Assembly (NCBI GenBank): GCA_040954595.2
Contig: CM082592.2
Coordinates: 2,669,462 to 2,733,461, forward strand
Direction: 5' to 3'
Origin: Balanoglossus misakiensis
Taxonomy: Eukaryota > Animalia > Hemichordata
Length of the DNA: 64,000 nucleotides
Part shown: piece after piece, positions 48,501 through 61,400 of the stretch
Layout of the letters: each line of letters starts with the position of its first letter
How positions within the stretch are numbered: position 1 is the first letter of the stretch
Position numbers and translations under genes: made by a program
Notes under the pieces: generated by a model
Database searches by the model: none
Told to the model about the DNA's origin: nothing
Seen by the model: only the letters and a program-made list of their open reading frames with translations

Positions 48501-51500
48501 TGTAGGTATTATTGGTGGCTTAGAAAAAGTATTCGAGATTCACTCACAATTCTGGAGCAATGTCGAACTGTTGTGAAAGTTTGTACTTTGCCAGGAAAAG
48601 GTACATTTTCCATTTTTAATAATCTTAAACCATTTTTTCAAATACTGACAGACTACAGGAGGCATTTAAAAGACAGAACTTTCAATCCAATTTAGCCATT
48701 TCTCTTAACTGTGACCATTTTCAAAGATGACCATTCCCGTATAATCAATGTCAATCACAGCAAATTCAGTTGGACCCATTCTAAAAGCAGCAGAAACCTT
48801 TCATTAATTTTTCATGTTTACACAGCCATCCAAAACTATTCTGGTTTGAGGAAGAATTCTCTTGAAACCAGATATTTTTAAATTACGCGTGACAGCTTCA
48901 CTTCTTGCTATCTTCAGCAGATCCGACAAATTCCTTCAGATGAAAGCGTATCAAATTTTGACCCGAATGTCACCAAGCAGATCTAATGAGTAACTTAAAT
49001 ATCACTAAAAATAAATCTCGATAGCAGTTTTAATGCAATAAATCCCCACACCCATACTGGGAGCATGTCACAATGTTTCAACAAATGCCAAATGTATTCC
49101 TCTGGGAACAGTATACCAACATGATATGCTTTACTCTGTTTATTAACTCTTTAAATATTTTTATTTATGTTGATAAAGAGAGCATTTGATGACATCTTGG
49201 TTTTCTTAATGCACACACAGTTTGGTGATTTCGACCGACAAACTGCAGAGCTGGCGTGTAGCCAGTGGAGACGGCTAACATCATAAGCTCACTTCTATTA
49301 TGAGTTTCAATCACACTTATACAAATTTCAATCAAACTTACACCACGGAATAATTGGGAATTAAATTGACCAATCTGGTTGGGTTTCAGTGGTATTTTGG
49401 GATCCGCACGCTATTCAAAACGACCTAGTTTTCTTTGTGGTTATTTTTGATGGGCGAATATTCTCGTACAATCACTGACAGTTCCACGTTGGCACGTATC
49501 TTTGTTCCAATACTGATGAACAACACACACTGACAAAAATAACAGATGTCCATTATTATTCCAAGCTATGTTGGGACTTAACTTTTCAAGCATGCAAAAT
49601 ATACAGTTTTCATGTACATGAAACAAATTTGATATAGAATTTTGGTTTTAGGTGTTCAGATGTTGATATCAAAGATCAATTGTCCTTCTGTCATTGTCAG
49701 ATACAGTATAACAACTTCTAATCATCCAAAAAGTGATTACCTGGACAGGGTTGGAAAAGACCTGATCTCAGATTCATTATAAATATTAACACCATGTTAA
49801 ATCAAATATTGAGATTTCACAGTGGTTTTCAATAATTGGCAAGCAATGTCAAGTGGTTTACCAAGAAACAAACTGAGAGATTCATTAAACAACTACTGTC
49901 GGATGGCCTACAGTTAGACAACAAGGTTTTGGTGCCTATTAAGGTGATACCAAAAGCATTCAAATTGCTAGGCAATGGTTGCTAAGAAGGATTTGCCAAA
50001 TCAATAAAGATGCAATGTTTTGCTGATTTCCTTTGACAGAGAAATTTAGGGCCACACAAATTGAACAGATGCAGATTTTGGATTGCTGGATGGTGACGTC
50101 AAAAGTGTACAAATATGCACAGCTTTATTGCAAAAGTGTTTTAACTCTTCCGAGTGAGCAATGAATCCCTTGAAATTTTAATATTTAATCTGAAATACTG
50201 GATCATGGACCTGAGAAAGATGTGGAAATGGTTTTTGAAATTAAAATACTCTTTATGAAATTCTGAATGTTTTTTTAGTAATAGCTAAAAAATAACTTAC
50301 AGATTGCGCGCATGCATGCTAATTTTTATTTCCATCCGTGATTGAGATAAGTGTGCCAAAAATCAGACTACTTAGTTGAACATTGAAAGAATTGAGGGTT
50401 TTGAATATTTTTAATTCTTCAGAAGCCGGCAAACCCCGTAGAAAACAAGGAAACCCTAAAATTTTTGCGAACACAATGGGGGAATGTTTGGTACTGTGCC
50501 AATGATAGTAACCAACATGGTCGGGTATCACCTCAAATTGTTTTAAAATGTCAGAGTTTATGAAACTGGTGATGGACGAGATTAGATTTCCCAGAATGAA
50601 AGCTCAAGAACCGGGCACACAGAGAACCGTCAGTGCCTAGTTGGCTTGATTCAAGATGCCCATTTGTGGTTGACCTTTGTGGTCGTGTCATCCTAGATCT
50701 GCCATGACGATCGGATGATCATCTGTCTTTTGATCAAAACTATGGTGAGCAGCTTTCGTGGAAAGTCTGCAAGGTACCATGGAAACATGACCTGTGTTCT
50801 TATTGGCCGTTGAAGCGGAAGGTCAGAGGTTAAAAATTGGATTTGATACTCCTTGGATTGATAAGTTTCCTAACACTAGATGGGTAGGTTCTTAGAAACT
50901 CAGATGCCTCTAAATTAGCTTTGTTACTGATTGAAAAAATATTGCCATACGCTTCACTTCACCCTCATTGAATATTTACAAAATATTCTTGTCATATATA
51001 TTTATTATGTTAGGGTGTGGTTGCCAGTCGGAAAATGTGTCATAGAAACATAACTAAAATCACTAGTATCACATGCCAGATGTGTTTTGTTTTGTTTTAG
51101 GAGAGAAGACACTTTGATGTGATGATTTCATAGGCTTTTCCATCCAGAAAATAAATACTACACTCTATGAGGTCCTGGAAACATAAAAATATGATATGAT
51201 GTGCAGGACACTCATATATACTTACAAGTAATATTGATGTGAATTTGCCTTCCAGCAACTGACCAGAAATTCTGCCTTGTCAATGGTGGCAGTTTGCTTA
51301 TTGCCACAAGACTGAAATTTCATACAGCTATACTGTGAAATGACATTTTCCACTTGTGATGCACAGATGAAAAAAAGGCGGGAAAGTGCGTGTCGCAAAC
51401 AGTGCAAGTACAGAACAGCTTTGAATGGAAGACCATGATCGGTCGAATCACTACGATTGCGCTGCGATAACACACAGCTGTCATGTTTCACAGGCTGGGT

Positions 51501-51721
51501 GGGAATTCTAAACGCTCCAAATGTAGAAATGCTCGCAATTAATACCTGACTTTGACATTTAAACACAATGGCTGTGTCATAAAAATTCATCGCAAGTGAT
51601 GGCTTGACACTACAGCTTTTATTAGTTGCAGAAAGTGTATCACTCATAAAAGCCATGCACAGGAACATTTTTTGCTCTTGAAACGTTCATGTCAGCTTCT
51701 CATCCCATGTCAAGTAAAATA

Positions 51722-51916
51722 CTGTAAAACACTTTATTTTCGCGAGCAATAAATTTTCGCGAAATACGCGAGAGCCAAAATAGCGTGAAAATAAAAAGGC
51801 GCGTAAATTTTTTTTGAAGATAACGATGCAGTGAATAAAATAAGAGCTACTCGCGAAACAGTGGCCTCTCTTGATATAGCGAATATTTCAACCCGCGAAA
51901 ATAAAGTGTTTTACAG
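51722..51916. mobile_element. TA-flanked Tc1/mariner-type MITE
   Basis: Perfect 23-bp TIRs CTGTAAAACACTTTATTTTCGCG/CGCGAAAATAAAGTGTTTTACAG, TA on both sides, internal TTCGCG repeats. Confidence 0.82.
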
Positions 51917-53240
51917 TAAATCCACACAGACTTGCAGTAAGGGCTCCAAAACGACACTTTTCAAATACCTCATAAAATCTTTCGCACAACGCCCCTCAGA
52001 CACTGGCTTCAACAAATCGGGGAGTGAAGACAGACTGTATTTATATGCATGTATGTATCTCTCACTTCCCTCCTTACATTATATTATTGAAACAAGATCA
52101 TTTTGATGGGAAATTTTCTCGCAAATTGAGTTACAGTAATTGGCAAAGAAATCACCGAGATTCCACAAGATCTAGTTGAGACGAATTTATTGGCTGAACC
52201 GCCAAGCAATTGTCACACATTGAAGCGGTCATCACAATGCATCCTGGGAAATGTAACACTCCACTCAACACGAAATTTTCCCACAATCAACTGAGACGTT
52301 CAGCTGCCATCTTTGTCCCCACCAAGTTCCTGTTGCTTAAAGCAATTTTTATTTGGACTATTTTGTGTTCATTAAGATATTTCTGCATTAGTTTTATGAC
52401 TTCCTGCATGAATTGTTGAAAGGAAAAAAAAAAAAAAAAACCTTTTCGAAAATGAAATGACATGGCAGCTGGAGCTGTCACTAATGGCCAAACACAATCA
52501 GAAAGCATTTTACCATGACAATTGTGTAACATATAATAGACTTGAATATGCTGTATTATCATAGCTACAAGTAATTATATTTCTTGAGATTGGATAAATG
52601 TTTAAGGTGCGAACAACACTCTAAATGTTTCTCTTAACGGCATTTCTCAGAAAAAAAGTCAGCACTGGTAAATATGCCCGTTTAGTTAAAGCAATAGGCC
52701 TACTCACCTAGGCTTGAATTTACGCTTAGATTTATGAGTATACATAAAAACTTTTAATGAAAATTCATTATCTTCGCTTGTGTGTAGCGTAAAATATACG
52801 GGTCACAATCTCCCATGGATGATATCGCTTTGACTCATTACAAACATATGGTTGAATTAAAGCCCCAGTATTTCTCGTGTGCATCCATTTTTCATCATCG
52901 AAAAAAGCCCGTTTTTCCAGTACATCCATCATGGAATACTATATAATGAAGATGTAAGAAAGGTTTGGGCAATTGTACCTACATGCAAGCCGAAAATATC
53001 GCCCGTAACACTTGAAATGATGCGCGGGTTTGTTTACAACGGAAATGTTGTACATGTCGATCAGAAAACGTGCCACTTTGACATTTTGATGGTCAGACCA
53101 TTTTCGGATTTGATCTGGTTCCATCGACTGATTTCTCCCATAAAGTTATCTTCCCAAAATTTCGCCGAATTAGTGCGCATTTCTTCGCTGAGTCGCTTGA
53201 TTTGGGGCGACCAAACCTCTTCCGCATAGATTCACATTTG

Positions 53241-53314
53241 AGTGCGCATGCGCACTAGTCACGTGTGTCAACATTAGCCTGACTCACGTGACTTTCTGTC
53301 CGGACAGAAAGTCA
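53241..53314. promoter_or_regulatory. Motif cluster: NRF1-type palindrome, two CACGTG E-boxes and a perfect 26-bp palindrome
   Basis: AGTGCGCATGCGCACT (53241-53256), GTCACGTG (53258-53265), TCACGTGA (53284-53291) and TGACTTTCTGTCCGGACAGAAAGTCA (53289-53314) in a CpG-rich patch. Function not demonstrated. Confidence 0.4.
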
Positions 53315-55271
53315 TTCTTCACTCGTTATATTGTAAATTGTATGAGTTTATCAGCAGAGCTGGGGATGATGACTGTTCGATTCAGTATCAATTATCATCT
53401 ACTTTTAGAAATTATAGATGCCGTTTCAAACAAAATTTTGCCCCTACGAGAAATACTGTGGCTTTAAGAAAGGGATGCTTCAATCTTTTAATCAAGCTAG
53501 TTTTATTTATTTCGCATAGCTCATATCTCTTGACCATGGCAACATTTTATTGCCCTCTTATATAGATTTCATAAAATACTGCGCAATCACCGATGCAAAA
53601 TAAAACAATATCAGTTTAATTTCATGTCTCCTACTGAGTTCCATTTTCCCTGGCTATGTTTAGAGATTTAATGGTTTTATTTTTCAGCTGTATATTATTA
53701 ATACATTCGTAATTCATATTTGGCATACTACCAGAACTCCGATGAACTTTTGATATTTTGTATGACGTATGTACAGCTTTGAGTGTTGACAATGGAACCA
53801 ATACATCTTCTTTTATTTACACCATGCAACTAATTACTAAAAACTGATCCATTATTTATGCAAACATGTGTAACAGAAGAACCATAGTGAAAATTCCACA
53901 ACAGTTTTTCTCCATGCAAGATATTCAACAAGGTTAAGGAAAACATTTTATATATTTCTCTCACTCTTTTGAGATAATAAAGGCTTTTAAAATAGGAAGC
54001 TGATATCATTGAGGTAACTTAGCTTAGGGACTATTATTATTAAGAAAGTGAACAATCTAAGATAAGAGAAAAAACACCCTATACAAGAAAATTTGAACAA
54101 TATTATTAAGGGTAATTTCAAAATATTGTTTTAACATGTGATATTACCAGATATTTGAAACATTGACAGTTTCAGGACCCCCCCCCCCCCCCCCCCCCCC
54201 CCACTCGCTCATCAATGCCATCTCTGGCTAATTACGAATTTTTGCTGTCTACTTGTTTTTAGCCTAGCTAACAGCAGGACTGTATGGGTGTCTCATTCTT
54301 CAAGGTGCAAAACAATCATATCCGACAAATGTTCTATTTCATAATTTCCGGTTGCATCTCTCAAACACAAGACAGATAAAGTCAAAATTTCAACAGTGTG
54401 TGTACATCATCTTTGATATCTTAATATCTTCAAGGGCAGAAGTCGACAACCTTAACTAAACAATAGCAGGTGTCAATCAATCAGCGAGAGTTGTTCAGGT
54501 ACAGGTCACAGTTCATATCATCTTGGTAGAAGGGCTGTCTCTTACACTTTATGCACTGTGCATTGACATCTACACATTTAAACTTTTATATCAACATTTG
54601 TGACCCCACTTTGTCAATGTGTCATCCTATCTAATTAAATTAAGATAAAAGTGAATAGTACATACAATGTACACCCCGTATATCAAATCGCCGACTGGTA
54701 AATTGGTCACTGAATTGTAACATAAATTTCTTGTTTCATTTCAATGAGAAATCTGACAATATATATTATGACATCCTCTGCGGATACTTCAACTAATTGG
54801 TAATGGTTCACTTTCGCCAAGTTTTGCCCCCCGGGGGTGCGTATTATATTTTATAGTTTACCCAATGATTCATAGCTTTGCAGTTAGACGTTTTGTGATT
54901 GAGATGACAGTCAGTGTTCAGAAGAATTCCTCTCGCACCTGCATCGTAATGCAGCCCCACTTATACAAGTGTGATCAGAAAGACGTACAGTAGTTAGAGA
55001 GAATTTTCCGCTGACAGCTGTTGGACTGATCTGTGTCGGAATCACAAAAGCACAGCAGGTTTAGAATCAAGAGATGATGGGGTAGACTTGCTCTGGGCAA
55101 TGCTTTGCAAAAGGGGATAATATTACCTTTCTCATTGTGATATCAGAAGGCTGAGGATCAATGCAGTGGAGTCGTTCAGTCTGTCTGCCTTGCCTCTCTC
55201 ATCGCAACTTAAAGGTAACTGGAACGCTGGCTTTGAGTCAGTAGGACAATTAAAGATCACATTATTATTAA

Positions 55272-55433
55272 AGGTGCACGCTCACATATGCAAATTTAGC
55301 CATAGTTACCATGGAGAGCTGGGATCTAGTCGATCGCAGATATTCAGTGGGTGGCCACGAGATAAAAGGGGTGCCTCTATATGGCCATTAAAAGACTTAC
55401 ACAGTCACGTAACTTTCAAGTGACTGAGTTCCT
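55272..55433. mobile_element. Diverged copy of the Kolobok-like MITE at 4773-4946
   Basis: TTAA|AGG...CCT|TTAA ends; shares CAAATTTAGCCAYAGTTACCATGG...GATCTA...CAGAT.TTCAGTGGGTGGC with the first copy. Confidence 0.75.
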
Positions 55434-58400
55434 TTAACAATATCCAGCAGATTATTTGATTACTTTAGTGGGTGTGGCTTGAATAATTAAATTGGTTCAC
55501 CATGTGTAGTTCGAATAATTAAGGACAATGTCTACACCAATTTGATCAGTAAGGTACTATTTTAACAATAACGGGACAACAATTAATGTCTTGACAGAAA
55601 ATGTCAATCAGTGGAAAACAGCAGATTCTCTATTGGCAGAGACTGGTATTATGCTGAGCACTTATTTGAACACCTAAATTACTTGGATTTAAAAAAACAC
55701 ACTTCACGAATTCAAAACTAATGCAAGAGATATAAACGGTTTATCCTATATTAAATTTGCATTGAATATTTTCTCTGTTTTTTTATATAATAATTATGGT
55801 TTCCGTGGGTCACTTGTTTCTACACCTATTTTTCAACTACAACAGCTAAGTTTCAATAACTTGGCATAAGATTAATCTGAAAATGGAAATATGCCCTGGA
55901 AAGCGCTCAGGCAGACTGTATCAAATTACAAGTATATTCTTTGGCATATTAGTTTCTACATGGTGGCGCCGTCTCAAAGATTTCATTGCATTTTTTTAAT
56001 AGACGAGTACTGAAGCTTAATGGTGATATGAGTATAAGCAGGGGGGATTTCCTTCAATGATCAATTTGTATGAAGTCCTCAGTTTTCTATTCTATCCGCA
56101 ATCTGAATTATTATCAAGTGATAACGGTATATATGTAAAATATTGAAATTCAAATGCCTGTATCATGATAAGACGCTACAAATACACGATGCAAGAGCAG
56201 CAAAATGTGGGCTACATTGACCCAACAACTAAACATGGTGAAGGTCAAAGTCACACTTCAAATTGCTCCAATTTCTGAAGAGTCAAGTTTAAATGTGCAT
56301 CTTCAATGTTGGCCATAAAAATACCTTTGTTGTGTTGAGGGTCTTCAAATCAAAAGAAAAATGCGTATTTTTGTTCCAGACCCGTTCTCTGTGGATGGGT
56401 AGGTAACCAAGCCACCACCAGCAATTAATGCACAGAATGAGAACATTTTATCTTGAAGCCAGTTATTCCTTGGAGTCTTGAAGCCCTTAATCTGTCTTTT
56501 CAAACCACATTTTGTTAGTCATGTCAAAGGATCAATATGTGATCCAAAAACGTGATGTTTTGCCAGGTTACAATATACTGTAGCATTACGTGCTTACTAA
56601 AAGTTGTCATCAATGGCACGTCACCTCAGCTCGACTCAATCAGCTGGGAATTCTTTCAACTGTTCCTGAATCTCTGTACGGTGAAAAATAAACACCAACA
56701 CCTTATTTCATTTACATCTAAGGATTAAACAATTTGGTCAAGTGTAGCAATTGAATGAAAAAAAACATCATCCAGAGTATACTGACCAAAAACAACATCA
56801 TGATTTCCGATGTGGAAGATCATGTCTAAAAATTCAGATGACACTCGGGTAAATCACAAAATCCCCTATGATCGATACCTGTCATTATGATGCTGGTGAT
56901 TTTGACAGCACACTACTAACACAATGTAAGATAAAGTATTCACCACACAAAATTTTGTCTGGAAATTTTTGTCTCAAGTATTCAGCCCATCAGTCCAACA
57001 TTGTGTTAGTAAAACTTTCAATGAGAAAATTTTGATCATTTATATTCATATTAATTTCAAACCTAAAAATCTTGAGCTGTAAATATATTTTGCATTTTGA
57101 CCATCTCATTCACACTCACTCACTCACTCACATGGGCATTTTGGATCACATATATTAAGTTAAACCTTACCTACAAGGAATTTGAAGTTGTTGATAAAGA
57201 TTTATAATTATTTTTCATGTACACAAATATGTATATTAAGATCAGAAAGAGTCACCAAACAGTTATTGTGAAATTGTGAGAATCACAGGACTTGTGGAGT
57301 GACCAGGTGTACATGCATGTATTGTGATGCACCTGGAGTTGATTCAGGAAGTCTGTTATACATGACATCATCGTGAGAGAGGGTGCGGTACGTTGTTTGA
57401 GAAATGCTGCACGACAGCTGTAACCCGGGTTACCCGAGTATCGCTTTCTGAAGTAAATAGTTGCGGACACCTGAGTGAAGGGCGTACTAGTTGATAGGCC
57501 GGCGTGTGTGCAGCCCTTCAAGAGACGAGTTCTATCTGCCCTGTCCGTGTGAATAAAGCTCTGCAAACATCAACATGGACAATCTCCCCTGTGACTGAGC
57601 TAACAATGACAGCCCTGTATCTAGTGTGGCATCGCACATACAATGTGCAGCTCTTCAAATCAACCAGGGGATGAATGATGGACTTGCGAAACCACAGTGA
57701 GTCATTCGCCCCATCTTCCACTAATGAACAACATCAACAGTGAATCCATCTTCTGCTGCTGCGGCTGATCAGGAAGACACCTTTCTCCATTGAAATCTGC
57801 CACTATTTACTCAAACACGTATCACCACACGCTTTAGGATGATAAGTTGTCAGCCAGGCAGACTCTTTGGTCATTGCCAACGGTAATCAAGTCCTTGTGA
57901 TTAGAATGACTCATTCCCACTTTGCCTGCTTCTTGTTGTTGAACCTAAATTACAGCTTTTAATACCTGGCACCAGACAGCTGATACAGTCTCTATAGCCA
58001 TACAGTCTCAAGGATTTCCAATATCACCTTTATCAACATGCACACCCTTGAGTGCCATTTCTTCATTCCTCTTTTCACTGCCTGTGCAGACCAGCTGACC
58101 GTCTTAAATTTTCCAGATATGTACTCCCAACATGAAGAAACACAAATATTACGCACACCATTAATATTACTTGACCACCATGTCGTGCACACAGAGACGC
58201 ATGCACACATGCTTTGTGAAACACAACCATTAATTCCGACACATTTTGAGGCAAAAACAACCATTAATTCTACCCATATGCATCAATGCACCGTTACACA
58301 ACCAAGCACTCTCCAACACAACCTTGCAGTCAAACACCTGAGCACAAGTATGACATGACTTAACTCGCCCAGACAAAACAAGACACTGGTACACACATTC

Positions 58401-61400
58401 ATGCACTCTGGTACAACCATATACTGTCAATATGAATAAACGTAGTGATAAAACTTTCAGATGAATTTATTCCCAATTCAGGACATTACATCACATCGCA
58501 CAGCATATTGCATCACAGATGTTGTAGTCACCGCTCTCAGAATTCGCACGAAGAAAGACTTTGAAACAATTGGCATACTCCATGCACACAATGCATGAAC
58601 TTGGAGAGGCACCAATATGAACTTCTTGAAAACATCTGTTGCTAAGCAACCATCTCCACAGTAACTGGGAGTCAGAACCTTGCACCGGGAGACCTGAGAA
58701 GTGATACCTCTCTCTATCATGTGACAAGTTGACCCTGACCCTTTAACTGCCAGACTTAGTGTCCCAGGGGACCACTTTCATACTGCCATGCTCCCAGTCT
58801 CACTCCCAATTCCTCGGGCAGGAATCCTATCTAAAGTTTTTGTATCCCGGAAAATACACCCAAAATGTCATGTCAGATTTTGTGTTTGAGACATGTAATA
58901 GGTACGATGTAGGGATATACACTGCAATCTGGGCAACCAATCTGCTATCTCTCCTGGGGTGTGTCGTCTTGTTGCTTTGATTCCATTATCCCACAGCTGA
59001 CTGGGCTTTTCATTTTCCAATAGATTCACCATCTTACTAATCACAATGCATCCTCCATCTAATAACTCACTGTCAGTAACACGGTGCAACGTAATTATGA
59101 CCTTGTGACCCCCAAGGTGTGATCTTGCTACACCAGTAGGGTTTTTTTTGTCATGTCCGTCCACCCTAAGCCGATACACATCTGATACACCTGCCAAATT
59201 GTTGTGTTTCAAAATACAACGTGCTGAGATATCAAGATTTTCAGCTGCACACAGGTTATTCCTTTCAAGAGACATGAAACGTGGCTATTCTCTCAAACAG
59301 TTCACAGCTTTATTCGAGTGCGGTGTATCACAAACCACTTCCACACATTGAAGTGTTGTACGCATTCTGGATGCTAAAAATTCACAGCTCGATAATTCCA
59401 ATTATTTAGTTTTCTGTTGACAACCTTTTGGTTTTATGAAAATGCATACCGCAAAAACGGGCATTTCATATCCAACACTTTACATCTGGCAATCCAATAG
59501 AACCATACCTGGAAACTTTTCCACGCACACTTCTGATAAAATGCAATTTTCTGTTCGTTATAACATCCCCCAACATCAGTGCTGAATACAGGTTGAAAGT
59601 TTAAGATATCTATATATGCAAAACATTGTATCTGGAAGCTATCGCTACAGACATTAGCTGGAAAATTGGCTGCTTAGAATGCAAAACTGATTTACCTGCG
59701 GTGGGATATCATCTTAAAAGCTAGCTTACACACACAGAGTCAAATTTAACTCACAATAAATGAATACCCTGTACCTAACGTTGTTGTTGATATCGCTAAC
59801 TAAGTCTTGATGAAACATGACCAGCACGATATTACTACTTTGACTTTACAAAAAGGATGTGTCCTCTCTACAAGATGTTCAATTTTCCCTAGGCAAAATG
59901 AATTCCTGCATACCATCACTTCAGCACGGACGTTGTTTTGACCATATTTGGTCAAATATGAGTTTTTGGTTTTAACTGCCTCGCTGATGCCAATTTCCAA
60001 GGTGAATTTCAGCCGATTTTGGCCCTCGGGGGCAACTCCGCGATGTTAGCTCTTAACACTGGACAAGTAAATGCAATCTCACAGTGATTGAGACTGAATA
60101 CCTTGAATAAAGTTCTGCATTGCATATGCCCCCTAGGAATTCATATTTTTCAAACACACTGCTGGGAATTTCATTTAAACGCAACTGATTTGTCTGCTCC
60201 AGATTTCTCATAACCATCTCTGAATATTCATCCATGGTGAAATCACGCTGTGGCTCCAACCTACAGCGCCCTTTATTTTTCCACATTTATTGTCTGTCTT
60301 TGTCATCTACGAAACGAATTTGTCAATAAATCTTACCAACCCACAGTAAAAATTATGGATATGAGACTAGTTCTGTATTAATGTTGATGTATCTAATGGG
60401 CTCTGTGTCAAGGAACTGGATCAAATATACAAAACGCTGAATTTCTAAAAACCCGTCTGTACAGAAGTTACACAGTAATTCTAGACCACAAGTTGCCTTT
60501 AACATCACTAATATATTAAACGCAGTCGAGGGGAATGGAATTTCCTCGGATGCATTATTTCAGTCCAAATTCGAACATACTAATTGTGGATGCAATTGAT
60601 TGGTCATAATTTGCACAGTAGGACACTGCATGGGGTGAGACAAGGTCATATACTCCAGAGTCCAGGTTGCATTCCTTCAGATTTTAAAATAACACGCGCC
60701 ACCTAAAAGAAACTGCTATTCTAATTAAAAAGCGCTTCAATAAATAACCTGATCATGTGGAAAGCTTTCCTGTTTTCTTTTTCCAATTTTAACTTTCTCT
60801 GCAATATAATCTACAGCTTGGAGGGGTGTCCTTTGACCTTTGACCCATATCTATATTCAACCAGCCATATTCAACCAGCCACTACTCCTAAAGATGAGCC
60901 CATTAGAACCCAGCGTGAATTGTAACATTCCAACTTCACCATCGGAAATTTTTTAAGTGGACTTACAAAACATGCGGCAATTACAACAAAGTGTGAAAGG
61001 GCAAGTTCACATGCAATTTTCCTGGACGTATACATTTACTGCACACGATCACATAACAAGACTCTTCAAGCCTAATAGCTGGCAGATCCTGAGCAGAATA
61101 CTTGATGAGGTTGGGATTCAACCATTTCAAGTAAAAGGGGAGTGGACAAATAGAGTGATGCGTGTTGAATAGGAAAAGGAGAGTAAATCTTCCTTATGAT
61201 ATCTTGCCTTTGTAAAGGTGTCGGGAACATAATTTTGAACACCTTCTGACAGATGAATGTCCCATGCCTTTCAGAAATACTCCATTACCCAAAAAGTCTG
61301 CAGGTAGAATTTCCCTCAGAGCCACAATAGAATATGAACATCTTTCTGGTCACACCATAATCAACACCGTATGCAAGTTTGTATAGAAATTTTTTTTAAA

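Noticed and set aside
57530-57590. Minus-strand ...SMLMFAELYSHG... resembling the missing Musashi DAMLMFDK exon
   Set aside because: Only MLMF matches. Flanking residues differ, a stop follows and there is no RHR|G donor, whereas this segment is nearly invariant in Musashi.
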